DNA of 64,000 nucleotides from Mobula hypostoma (Eukaryota). Where the stretch lies: positions 28,150,001 through 28,214,000 of the forward strand of contig NC_086108.1 of assembly GCF_963921235.1 (NCBI RefSeq). Reading direction: 5' to 3'. The notes beneath the pieces were generated by a model. That model saw nothing but the letters and a program-made list of their open reading frames with translations, made no database searches and had not been told where the DNA came from. Of the stretch, positions 52,667-64,000 are shown piece by piece; position 1 is the stretch's first letter, and each line of letters begins with the position of its first letter. Position numbers and translations under genes: made by a program.

Positions 52667-53650
52667 ACACACACAAAATGCTGGTGGAACACAGCAGGCC
52701 AGGCGGCATCTATTGGAAGAGGTACAGTCGACGTTTTGGGCTGAGACCCTTCATCAGGACTAACTGAAAGAAGAGATAGTAAGAGATTTGAAAGTGGGAG
52801 GTGGAGGGGAAGATCCAAAATGATAGGAGAAGACAGGAGGGGGAGGGATGGAGCTAAGAGCTGGAAAGTGGATTGGCAAAAGGGATACGAGGCTGGAGAA
52901 GGGAGATATACTGCGTCCAGTGCTCCCGATGCAGCCTTCTATATATTGGCGAGACCTGACGCAGGCTGGGAGACCGTTTCGCTGAACACCTACGCTCTGT
53001 GCGCCAGAGAAAGCAGGATCTCCCAGTGGCCACACATTTTAATTCAACGTCCCATTCCCATTCTGATATGTCTATCCACGGCCTGATCTATTGTCAAGAT
53101 GAAGCCACACTCAGGTTGGAGGAACAACACCTTATATTCTGTCTGGGTAGCCTCCAACCTGATGGCATGAACATTGACTTCTCTAACTTCCGTTAATGCC
53201 CGTCCTCCCCTTCTTACCCCATCCCTTATTTATTTATTATTTTCCCCCCTTTTTTCTCTCTTTCTCTTTTCTCTCCCTCTGTCCCTCTCACTATAACTCC
53301 TTCCCTGCTCTCCATCTTCCTCTGGGCTCCCCTCCCCTTTTCTTTCTCCCTAGGCCTCGAATCCCATGATCCTCTCCCTTCTCCAGCCTTGTATCCCTTT
53401 TGCCAATCAACTTTCCAGCTCTTGGCTCCATCCCACCCCTTCCTGTCTTCTCCTATCATTTCGGAAATCCCCCTCCCCGCCACTTTCAAATCTCTTACTA
53501 TCTCTTCTTTCAGTTAGTCCTGACGAAGGGCCTCAGCCCGAAACGTCGACTGTACCTCTTCCTATAGATGCCACCTGGCCTGCTGTGTTCCTCCAGCATT
53601 TTGTGTGTATTGCTTGAATTTCCAGCATTTGCAGATTTCCTCGTGTCTGC
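52667..53650 (+). mobile_element. Penelope-like element with inverted 5' pLTR (52667-52905), endonuclease 3' part and 3' pLTR
   Basis: ~240-bp inverted repeat with 53375-53612. Hammerheads at 52726-52761 (-, GAAA mutated to AAAA) and 53516-53551 (+). Degenerate TSD-like aacatccttgtaa / aacatcgttttaa. Confidence 0.92.
53516..53551 (+). ncRNA. Minimal type I hammerhead ribozyme (PLE pLTR)
   Basis: agtc-CTGACGA-a-ggg-cctcag-ccc-GAAA-cg-TC^-gact. Confidence 0.85.
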
Positions 53651-56600
53651 ATTTTTAAACATCGTTTTAAATCTCCTCTGCACCCTTTCTATTGTTTCCA
53701 CATCCTTCCTATACTGAGGTGACCAGAATTGAGCACAGTATTCCAAGTGGGGTCGAGCCAGGGTCCTATATAGCTGCAGATTACCTCTTGGCTCCTAAAC
53801 TCAATCCCACGATTGATGAAGGCCAATGCACTGTATGCTATCTTAACCACAGAGTCAACCTGCGCAGCAGCTTTTGAGCGTCCTGTGGACTTAGACCCCA
53901 AGATCCCTCTGATCCTCCACACTGCCAAGAGTCTTATCATTAATACTATATTCTGTCATCATATTTGACCTTCCAAAATGAACCACCTCACACTTATCTG
54001 GGTTGAACTCCATCTGCCACTTCTCAGCCCAGTTTTGCATCCTGTCAATATCCTGCTGTAACTTCTGACAGCCCTCCACACTATCCACAACACCTCCAAC
54101 CTTTGTGTCATCAGCAGATTTACTAACTCATCCCTCCAGTTCCTCATCCAGGTCATTTATCAAAATCACAAAGAGTAGGGGTCCCAGAACAGATCCCTGA
54201 GGCACACCACTGGTGACCAACCTCCATGAAGAATATGACCCACCTTCAACCACTCTTTGCCTTCTGTGGGAAAGCCATTTCCAAATCCACAAAACAATGT
54301 CCCCTTGGATCCCATTCCTCCTTACTTTCTCAATAAGCCTTGCATAGGGTACCTTATCAAATGCCTTGCTAAAATCCATATACACTATATCTACTGCTCT
54401 ACCATCATCAATATGTTTAGTCACATCCTCAAAAAATTCAATCAGGCTCATAAGGCACAACCTGCCTTTCACAAAGCCATGCTGACTGTTCCTAATCATA
54501 CTATGCCTCTCCAAATGTTCATAAATCCTGGCTCTCAGGATCTTCTCCAACAGCTTACCAACCACTGAAGTAAGACTCACTGGTCTATAATTTCCTGGGC
54601 TATCTCTACTCCCCTTCTTGAATAAGAGAACAACATCCACAACACTCCAGTCCTCTGGAACCTCTCCCGTCCCCATTGATGATGCAAAGATCATTGCCAG
54701 AGGCTCAGAAATCTCCTTCTTCGCCTCCCACAGTAGCCTGCGGTACATCTTGTCCTGTCCCAGTGACTTATTCAACTTGATTCTTTCCAAAAACTCCAGC
54801 ACATCCTCTTTCTTAATATCTACATGCTCAAGCTTTTCAGTCCACTGTTAGTCATCCCTACAATCGCCAAGATCCTTTTACGTAGTGAACACTGAAGCAA
54901 AGTATTCATTAAGTAACTGTGCTATCTCCTCCGGTTCCATGCACACTTTTCCATAGTTACACCTGATTGGTCCTACTCTCTTACGTCTTATCCTCTTGCT
55001 CTTCACATACCTGTTCAATGCTTTGGGGTTTTCCTTAATCCTGTCCACCAAGGCCTTCTCATGGCCCCTTCTGGCTCTCCTAATTTCATTCTTAAGCTCC
55101 TTCTTGCTAACCTTATAATCTTCTAGATCGCAATCATTATCTAATTTTTTGAGCCTTTTGTAAGCTCTTCTTTTCTTCTTGACTAGATTTACAACAGCCT
55201 TTCTACACCATGGTTCCTGTACCCTACCATCTTTTCCCTGTCTCATTGGAACATACCTATGCAGAACTCCACGCAAACATTCTCTGAACATTTGCCACAT
55301 TTCTTCCATACATTTCCCTGAGAACATCTGTTCCCAATTTATGCTTCCAAGTTCCTGCCTGATAGCTTCATATTTCCCCTTACTCCAATTAGCTTTCCTA
55401 ACTTGTCTGTTCCTATCCCTCTCCAATGTGCCTGAGGATTGACTGAGGCAGGGAGTTCTAAGGTGGTTTTTAAGCATGAACAGCCAACTTGCTTGATGGC
55501 CTTAAACCCACCATTTGTTAAGACATCAGCATCCTTGTCCAACCATGACACAATCACATACAGAGTCTGGACATTGCCACTTCATCCCTAAAAGTGGGAA
55601 GATTACATGGTAGAATGTCTATTTATCTGGGGTGGCTGGTGAAAATCTACAGGAATCTGCTGGCTTGTAGATTTCAGGTAATAAGTGAAGGATAAAGTAG
55701 GGATCGGTTCTCCTAATCTTTCAAAAAATTCTTGGTAGATTAACATCAGACATTCGAGAGAAAAGTTTGAAGTTTCATGTTACTGATGTTGGGAAAATGA
55801 ACATTGTCGGCTGTTCAGAAATAACCCCAATTCTCTGAATTCAAGGGAATGTATGTCTCAAGTCTCTCTGTGGGATGAAGTTGAAAATAAAGACCTAACT
55901 TTAAAAGGAGAACACCAGGTTGATGACAGGAAGAAATTCCTGTACATAAGATCAGGGAAATCTGAAGTAGCCTTAACCCAACATCTTTGGACAGCTGGGA
56001 GTTAAATATTTCAAACTGTGATTTGATGGGTTGTTGATAGGTTTAATTGTTTACAGAACAAAAGCAGAGAACTACTAAGTCAATGGAAAACAGGCTCCAA
56101 TACTTCATAGCAACAAACACAAAATGCTGAAGGAACTCGGCAGGTCAGGTATTATCTAGAGAAATGAACAAACAGCAGAGGTTTTGGGCGGAGACCCTTC
56201 TTCAGGACTGGAAAGGAAGGGGGAAGACAGCAGAATACAAAGGTGGAGGAAGCGTAAGGAGGATAGTTAGAAGGTGATAGGTGAAGCCAGGTGTGTAGGG
56301 GAGGTAAAGGGCTGAAGGTGAAGGAATCTAATAGGAGAGGAGGGTGAATCATAGGAGATGTGTGGCTGTGGTAGTGATCTGCTGTTCCAGTAATTCACTT
56401 GTTTCATTGATCTTTTGTAAGACTTGTACAGTCTGTTTAGAGATTCCCCTTCTTTGCAAAATACAGAATATTTGCTCGTAAATTTGATATAGAATAGATG
56501 ACTAAATGTACAACATGGTCATATGAATCGTGGCTCAAAGTTCAATACTTAATCTGCAGCAAATAATCTGATTGGATGAAGCTGTAAATAAGATTATTCA

Positions 56601-57968
56601 CATATTTTGATTGAGAGCAAGGAGGTGAAATGGGAAAGTATTTACTTTTCATCACCCAGTAATCCTGTTGTAAAGTGCATGGTATGATCAGGATTGACGC
56701 TGAGTGTGATTGTTTCTCTTCAACCACTTCCCTCCCCTTCCTTTCCCAAACTTTGCTCCTACCACTGCTACCACTGTGCAGTCATAAAGATCTTCAATGC
56801 TAAACAAAGCTATTGCTTAATATTCAAACCTAAGGTTAAATGTCAAATCCTATGGAGCAGTTCAGAGCCACTGGTTAGAAAATGTGGACAAGGGGCTGTA
56901 AGTTGGAAGGTAGATTTTCTAAGTACGGAAGCTGTAGGAAATTGTAGATTTTGTAAGCAAGGAAATAATAGAATTTCAACTAATTGTAGAATTCTACCTC
57001 ATCCTTTACGTTAGAAGGTTGCGAGTTCAAATTGCACTTTAAGCAATGGAGTGCAAAGCTTTGGCTGTCATTATTGTGCAGTATTTTGAGAGACCTGCCT
57101 TCTCAGGTACAATACTCCATTAGGACTACACAGATAGGAAAGGAATGTAGGGGTTCATGGCGAGTAACTAGGTGCTAACCAAACCAAATAACCTGATCAC
57201 TTATCTTGGATCTTCATTCGTATCAATTGGATTCCACTTTTCCTGCGTCACAACAGTGCCTGTACTTCAGAAAGGAGCTCATGCATAGTAAAGCATCATG
57301 GAACATCTTGAGACTGTAACAAGTGTTGTGTACGTGTGATTTCTTTATCTTTAGTGAAATGAGAAGAAGTGAACTGTGATGGCTTTGGAAACTATATAGG
57401 TATTAACTTGGACTTGAAACGTGGTCAGGTTTTCATCATTGGAGCTCACATTGGAAGGCCACAAGGTAACTGCTAGGAAATGGTATCAGCACTTGATAGA
57501 CACAATTCTCAACATGGAATCAGAGGGCCAAATGGCCTGCTTCTGACCTGTATGGCTCTATAAGTTGGCCAGCTTTTCCTTGAAACCTGCTTAAGAGATG
57601 GCGAAAGTAGCTGGAAGCTTGCCGGATAACTGGGACAATCTTGAAACCTTGACTGAACCCACATCTTACAGACATTCAAGTACAGCCAAATATCCCAAGT
57701 TAAAGGGATAAGTCGTGAAACTATTGAAAGAGGATGGCTGCTCTGCTGGTTAGGTCAAGCTTTCCAATGATGTGTTCAATCAATTCATCTCCTCGTTGTG
57801 CAATTTGTTCGTGATATTATTGATGCAATGTTATTTACTCAGTGGAATATTCTAATTTGGAGGAATAATACGTTTATCTTGAAATGCTGCTGTTGGGACT
57901 CTCCTTAAAGCTTGCTGAGGGAGTGGTTCGACTATACCGATCCCTATTTGCTAAGTGAGCCAATCTCA

Positions 57969-58362
57969 TATGAAAATAAGAAATAGGAGCAGCAGTAGGC
58001 CATCTGGCCCATCAAGCCTGCTCTGCCTTTCAATAAGATCATGGCTGATCTGGCAATGGACTCATCTCCACTTACCTGCCGTTTCCCCATAACCTTTAAT
58101 TCCCCAACAATGCAAAATCTATCCAACCTTGTCTTAAATATATTTACTGAGGTAGCCTCCACTGCTTAAGTGGGCAGAGAACTCCACAGATTCACCATTC
58201 TCTGGGAAAAGCAGTCCCTCCTCATCTCCATCCTAAATCTACTCCCCTGAATCTTGAGTCTATGTCCTCTAGTTCTAGTCTCACCTACCAATGGAAACAA
58301 CCTTTCTGCCTCTATCTTATCCATCCCTTTCATAATTTTATATGTTTCTATAAGATCTCCTC
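57969..58362 (-). mobile_element. CR1 3' fragment
   Basis: Homologous to 6490-6870 (aggagcag..gtaggccat..ggccc; cacagattcacca). Confidence 0.8.
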
Positions 58363-59476
58363 AGTACTTCAGTCATTGTCAGGCCTTTGCATGGATGGTC
58401 TTCTTGATCCTGTGAGCTATACAGGGACCTCTCCCGGAATTGCAGATCTTTATTGTGATGGACTTATGCCTCCTCTGCAATAGACCACCTGTATCTCAAG
58501 CAAAGGGAAAATGATGGCAGATGATCGGGAAAGACCGGTCTCCTATTTCTTGAGGACATCCCGATCCGGCACTTGGTCTCATTGAATCTGCAAGGAGGAT
58601 AGGTCTCCATGCATTGTGGAGCTGCCAGGACATCCAGAGAGGGGGCTGTATTCACCTCTTAGCCATGCACACACTTTAAATGTCAAGTCAGTAAACATTA
58701 ACCAGCATCCCCACTTTTCTCCGACCCAGGGACATCTGAAGGACTTGCCATCTGAGCTAATCGTAGCGCAGTATAGAACCTCAAGACAAGCCCAAGGGGT
58801 ATTAGTCTGTCTTCTGAAGAAAGGATGGTTTATTGTTTTTAATGGGCTAGAATGCAATTTCCACTACAACGTAACACATGATTAATTAATCTTAAATCCT
58901 GCTTTTTTGTCCCTGAATCTTGCATGAAGTACATGTGAGCCAAGAATTTTTAGAATTCCACACTTCCAGACAAGGGATTAAGTTCATTAAAATGAAGTCT
59001 GCTTGATTTACTGTGGATGCAGCCCAGACCCTGGCATCAAAGGAATGCTGGCTCCGTTTATCTGGCAGTCAGATGTAACTTTGTTGTGCCCAAAAGCAGG
59101 GTCCTGGGGATCTACACAGGAAGAACCAGGGACCTGTTGGAAGGTTTTCTTCTTACCCCAGCATGCAACTACCAGCCCATTATCAGTATCAGAGTCAGGC
59201 TTATTATCACCCACATGTGTCATGAAATTTGTTAACTTAGCAGCAATGCAATACGCGATGATATGGAAAGAAAAAAGATAAATTAATTACAGTAAGTATA
59301 TATCAAATAGAGTAAAAATAGTGCAAAAACAAGTATTTATTTATATATATTTATATAGAAAGAAAGAAAAATAGATAGATAAAAAAGTGAGGTAGTGTTC
59401 ATGGGTGAAATGTCCACTTAGGAATCTTATGGAGGAGGGGAAGAAGCTGTTCCTGAATCGCTGAGTGTTCTAGTTA

Positions 59477-60088
59477 AGACCATAGGACGGTAATATGTAG
59501 GAGCAGAATTAGGCCATTTGGCCCATTGATACTGCTCTGCCATTTGATCATGGCTGCTTCACTTTCCCGCTCAACCCCATTCTTTTGCCTTCTCTCCATA
59601 ACCTTTGATGCCCTTACTAATTAAGTACATACCAACCTATGCTTTAAATATACCCAAATACTTAGGCAAAGAATTCACAGATTGACCACCTTCTGTCTAA
59701 CAAAATTCAGCTAATCTGCGTTCTAAAGGAACACAGATTCTGTGTTCTAATCTGTGCTCTCAGTTCCTAAACTCTCCCACTATAGGAAACATCTTCTCCT
59801 CGTCCACTCTATCTGGGCCTCTCAATATTCAGTACATTTCAATCAGATGCTACCTCATTCTTCCAAACTCCAGTGACTACAGGCCCAGACTCACCAAACA
59901 CTACTCGTACATTAACCATTTCATTCCTGGAATTATGCTTGTAAACCTCCTCTGGGCCTTCTCCCATGCCAGCACGTTCTTTCTTGAATATAGGGCCCAA
60001 AACTGCTCACAATTCTCCAAATATGGTCTGACAAATGCCTTATAAGACCTCAGTACTACACCTTTGCTTTTATATTCTAGTTCTCTTC
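59477..60088 (-). mobile_element. CR1 3' fragment, degenerate
   Basis: Collinear with 6490-7105. Confidence 0.8.
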
Positions 60089-60813
60089 AATTGTTTTGCC
60101 TTTGGTTCAGAGCTCTTGTTTCTCATCACCTGATTCAAGTGCGTCCAATGTAAAGGGAGAGACTGAGGGAAGCTCTTGCTTAAGTATTAAAGTGTGAACT
60201 GCGGACGATCTCTGCAGTTCTACACAGGAAACTATTTGACTGTGAATCTTCAGCATGCTTTATGGGATATAATCTTTGGGAACTAGCTAAATATAACACT
60301 GCAATGGGACATGGTGAAGTTCTAATTCTAACTGTGAGACTGCGGGTTGCAACCTCAGTAAGACTTGAAGAAGGGAGAAGTGGCACTGTCATGTACTTAG
60401 GTTTGTCCCTATACACTCAGTCTTTATCAATGGACACCCCCATGTTTGTATCAACAAATCCAATACTCTCTCTAGTATTGATACTCAAGTTCAGATAAAA
60501 CACCCATGCATGTCAGCCGAAAGGGGCAAGGGGGATATTGCTGTGGAAAATATCTGGAAAATTATTTCAAGCACAGTTCATTTTATTGAGCTCACTATGT
60601 TGGCATAGTTGAAGGAACTACAGGGCACACACTGGAAAATCCTAGCCAATCTTTGTTGAAGTAGATGCAAAACAAGAGAACCCATTTGTTTGTGAATCCA
60701 GCAGTTGTCCCATTCTTACAACCGTATTCCTTTGAAGTGCCTAGGTGACTGTCATTACCATGCCCTAGTGACCAATACTTGTCTGACTCCACTCTGTATC
60801 TGGTTCCCGACAG

Positions 60814-60919
60814 GCTCTGAGCGCAGTGTGTCAGCTCTGCGTCATTACTTTATTGATCACCTGGAGGCACATGACGAGAATGTGTGGCCCCCAGCATGTC
60901 CTCCATTAGAACCAGTCAG
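60814..60919 (+). CDS. QSOX1: QSOX internal exon, equivalent to exon 4; Trx1-Trx2 linker
   Basis: ttcccgacag|GC...TCAG|gtaagc; 106 nt, phase 1 to 2. Translates GSERSVSALRHYFIDHLEAHDENVWPPACPPLEPV; WPPACPPLEP is the QSOX1 signature. Confidence 0.93.
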
Positions 60920-61733
60920 GTAAGCACACTCTGAATTAAAGTTATGGGTTTGTTGTCACACCTTGCTCTCAGCGAAGGTCACCGGTTGGAAAAAAAACAG
61001 ATGGTTAGCTGCAGTGGCACGTTAGTGCAAAGGGTTTTACTTAGTGCTGAGTGAAAAAAAAATATTTACAAATAGACAAATGAAAACAAACATGTACAAA
61101 TATACAGAAGCCTTCTCTATGACACACTTTGATTTTAACTTTGCAATATAACTATTCACCAACCATCAAATCCAAGCTCCACACTCCTCAGCAAAGCCAA
61201 ACTGAGAGTTTAAATCTACCTCCATAGGGTGTAGTGCAACTGCTCCCACTAACCCAGGCATTATTTTAGGATGCCCCCAAACGGTCCCTTGGGTCTTTTG
61301 GGGCTGTTCTGCTGTTAAAAACTGATGTAGCAGTGTGAGAGAAGAGAAATGAAACAGTTTGGAATGCCTGTGTTTAGAATCCTTATGGTTATGAGTTATA
61401 AACCAGTAGAGCACATTAACTGAAGAGATTGTTTTGATTAGCCAAGCTGGCTATTGTTTACTTTTGGAGTGTGTAAATGGTGAACTCCCAAAAACTGAAG
61501 AACAGGAAGGCAAGGTGTGTGAACTACTGTTTAGTGATCATTACAGAATGTCTCTCTGATGCTTCCCGCTCTCTCCCCTCTCCCTCCCCCTTTTCCCAAT
61601 CATGATTCCCCTCTCCCTGCCTCTTCCCACTCTCAGTCCACAATACAGACCCATGTTAGACTCAGGTTTATCATCACTCACATGTTATGATTTTTTTTGC
61701 GGCAGCAGTACAGTACAATACATAAAATTACTA

Positions 61734-61800
61734 CAGTACCATGCAAAAGTCTTAGACACCATAGTCATATATATGTGTGTAAGAACTTTGCACAGTACTT
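61734..61800. mobile_element. Tiny Tc1-type palindromic MITE
   Basis: TA-cagtaccatgcaaaagtctta ... taagaactttgcacagtact; imperfect ~21-bp TIRs. Confidence 0.6.
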
Positions 61801-63292
61801 TATGCATCAGATACATTTGATAGTTTGCTCCCCTCTTATTTAATGGAACAAAGTTGTGGGGATCAATTTAATGCTCTACAAAAGAGCGTGATAACTTCGG
61901 GAAGTAATTAAGGATATACTGACACCCAGGCATCAAAGAAAGAAAGGAGGACCTATTTGAGGGAAGGTGAGGAGTTTACATGAGACTTGACGTATGGGAA
62001 GTTATTTTCAGAATGCTTGTGTATTCAATTTGATAAAGTTTATTTGTGACTTGTCTGGCCTCTGAGTCAAAGAAATATTAGTGATGTGAGCAACGGTGTG
62101 AGAGATGGCTGTTATGTTTAGAAAATGTGGTGAACAAAATGAGTTTCAATCTATCATTGTCCTAATAACGTCATAGCTTGAGAATTGAAAGTCAGCTACA
62201 GAACTCTGAAAGAAACTTTTGCTTGTCTGTGCTTTCATAGTGTTAAATGGTTTCATTGAATGAAGAAGCAGAGATTGATGTTTTAATAAATGGTGGTCAC
62301 CTCTTTAGGGTCAGAGTTCAGGAAAGTGTCAGATAGCAAATACATCTTCCTCAAGCATGGTTTGATGGTGGTTGTGTCACATATTAGAAATCCAGTAAAG
62401 CAGTTTCAGCTCTTTTATATCTGTTGGTTAGGGGAAGACAATGCACCCTCTCTTTGCCTAAGGACAGAACTTAAGAGAAGGAAGGTAATAGTAAAGGCAT
62501 GTCTGAATAATAGAGAAATGTTTGAACCTATGCCTTCCATGAACTAACATTGATTCTAGCCTATTGTCTGCTAAAACTGGGAAGTCTTTTTTGGAGCACG
62601 TGTGGTTGCTTTCTGATGGTACTGGGTATGTTGACTGTGAAGTTCTAAACTCAATCAAAGTTGATAAGCCCTATCCGCTACAGATAGCTATGAGTACCAT
62701 CACGAAAGGGAGGGTGTACTATAGCTACATATTTTTTGAAGACTAGTTCTGGTGTTTCAGTTTTCTCCACAGCCCAAAGACGTAGGTCAATTAGTAGGTC
62801 AATTGGTCATTGTAAATTGTTCTGTGATTAGATTAGGGTTCAACTGGGGGTTGTGAGGGCCTATTCTGCACTGTATCTCAATAAACAAAAAATAAATAAA
62901 ATACTTTGCTTCCCTGTTAATGGCAATTTTAGTGCCAAGCCCCACTATTTCAGTGGTATGTCCCTCCTCTCTGCCAAGGAGATACTTCCAGCCAACAAAG
63001 CAGTTTAAACACAGTTTATTTGTTTTTAGTGATACACATTTAAATTTAGATAAAATTCTTAAAACACATTTAAATCTCACAGAGGATTTCTATCTTATAA
63101 AAGATTCACAAATTTAAAATGATCTCTGAAACACAAATGATTTCCGAAACATGGGTACAATTTCTATAAGCCTAGAGGCATATGAATGAGTCATCTGTTA
63201 CAGAAATCAAAAGCAGAGGAATTGATTCCAGATCACCCCGTCTTTCTGTCATGCTTCATGTTGTTCTTGAACATTCCTAACAAGCCTGAATC

Positions 63293-63976
63293 CAGTCATC
63301 CCTCGGTATCCACAGGGGATTGGTTCCAAGACCCCCCCCCCCACCATGGATACCAAAATCCGCAGATGCTCAAGTCCCTTATCTAAAGTGGCGTAGTATT
63401 TGCATATAACCTACGAACATCCTCCCGTATACATTAAATCATCTCTAGATTACTTATAATACCTAATACAATGTAAATACTATGTAAATAGTTGTTATAC
63501 TGTATTGTTTAGAGAATAATGACAAGAAAAAGAAGTCTGTGTATGTTCAGTACAGTCGCAACCATCGTAGCCCTTCTGGGAACACTGATGCTGCCTCAGC
63601 GTCAGCCAATGCTGATTCTCCCGTGATCTTTAAGTTCTTGAGGCAGTAACACTTTACATCGCTAGCCAGCCATCCCTTAGAAGCCTTAAACTCCTTCCTC
63701 TCGCTCACAACACAAGTAGCGAATGAACGAGACACAAGGCGAACAATGCTCAAACAATGAGTGCTGGAGAGAGACTGAGGATCTATGAAATGGCAGGAGG
63801 CTACAGCAGGGTATGCCTACACGTCACTTCATTCGCGTGGATTCAGTGTGGTGCTCGGCGTGTGGCAAATTCAAATTTTGCTTTTTGGAACTTTCTGGAA
63901 TTTTTTCCTGAATATTTTCAATCCACTGTTGGTTGAATCCACGGATGTGGAACCCATGGATACAGAGGGCCGACTG
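63293..63976 (-). mobile_element. Internally deleted Tigger (pogo-family) transposon with MER2-like ends
   Basis: 24-bp imperfect TIRs cagtcatccctcggtatccacagg / cccatggatacagagggccgactg, followed by TA. Minus-strand transposase remnant EFKASKGWLAS..K.Y.LKNLKITGESALADAEAASVFPE (~63571-63708, end of the CENP-B-type HTH). Confidence 0.9.
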
Positions 63977-64000
63977 TACTCTCTTTTGCCAGGGATGACT

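Larger units (their letters stand above)
52211..55428 (-). mobile_element. 5'-truncated CR1 LINE interrupted by a Penelope element
   Basis: ORFs 54878-55477, 54128-54802, 53891-54088 and 52349-52597 carry [25 protein letters not shown] and [10 protein letters not shown]. Confidence 0.93.

Noticed and set aside
58363..58860. GC-balanced, coding-looking segment (possible processed pseudogene or TE ORF)
   Set aside because: Stops occur in the frames examined and I recognise no motif; a blastx search is needed.
60960..61160. Minus-strand 3' UTR-like tract (TGTAAATA, TTTGCAC motifs) suggesting an antisense gene end
   Set aside because: Short motifs expected by chance in AT-rich DNA; no associated exon or clear polyA signal.
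62564..62746. Candidate QSOX exon 5 (YIFFED)
   Set aside because: Does not match the expected ALIFE...SYLGRE peptide, ends in a stop, and lacks suitable splice sites.
1..64000. CRISPR arrays, tRNA/rRNA genes, prokaryotic operons
   Set aside because: No regularly spaced repeat-spacer array or intact structural RNA gene seen; the sequence is vertebrate intron.

Overview
Repeat-rich vertebrate intronic DNA. The repeat mix (HE1-like V-SINEs, CR1, Rex1/Babar, Neptune-type Penelope elements) suggests a cartilaginous fish, probably a ray; this is an inference. The only host coding sequence I can support is three in-phase internal exons of a quiescin sulfhydryl oxidase gene (QSOX, most like QSOX1) on the + strand: 47065-47165, 49430-49478 and 60814-60919. 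I did not find the CGHC-containing first exon, so positions 1-47064 are probably all intron 1. The rest is layered transposon debris: CR1 and Rex1 LINE pieces, Penelope-like elements with minimal hammerhead ribozymes, an internally deleted Mag-type Gypsy element, and Tc1, Tigger and hAT derivatives. Most notable: (i) two copies of a ~560-bp non-coding retroposon with TSDs and a (CAA)n tail, whose 5' ~180 nt fold into an HDV-like self-cleaving ribozyme with an extra hairpin in L3; (ii) a Tigger element whose ends resemble mammalian MER2 but which keeps a transposase fragment; (iii) Penelope-derived hammerhead mini-elements. Repeat boundaries are by eye and approximate unless TSDs or TIRs are given. 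Family names are from recall, not database searches.
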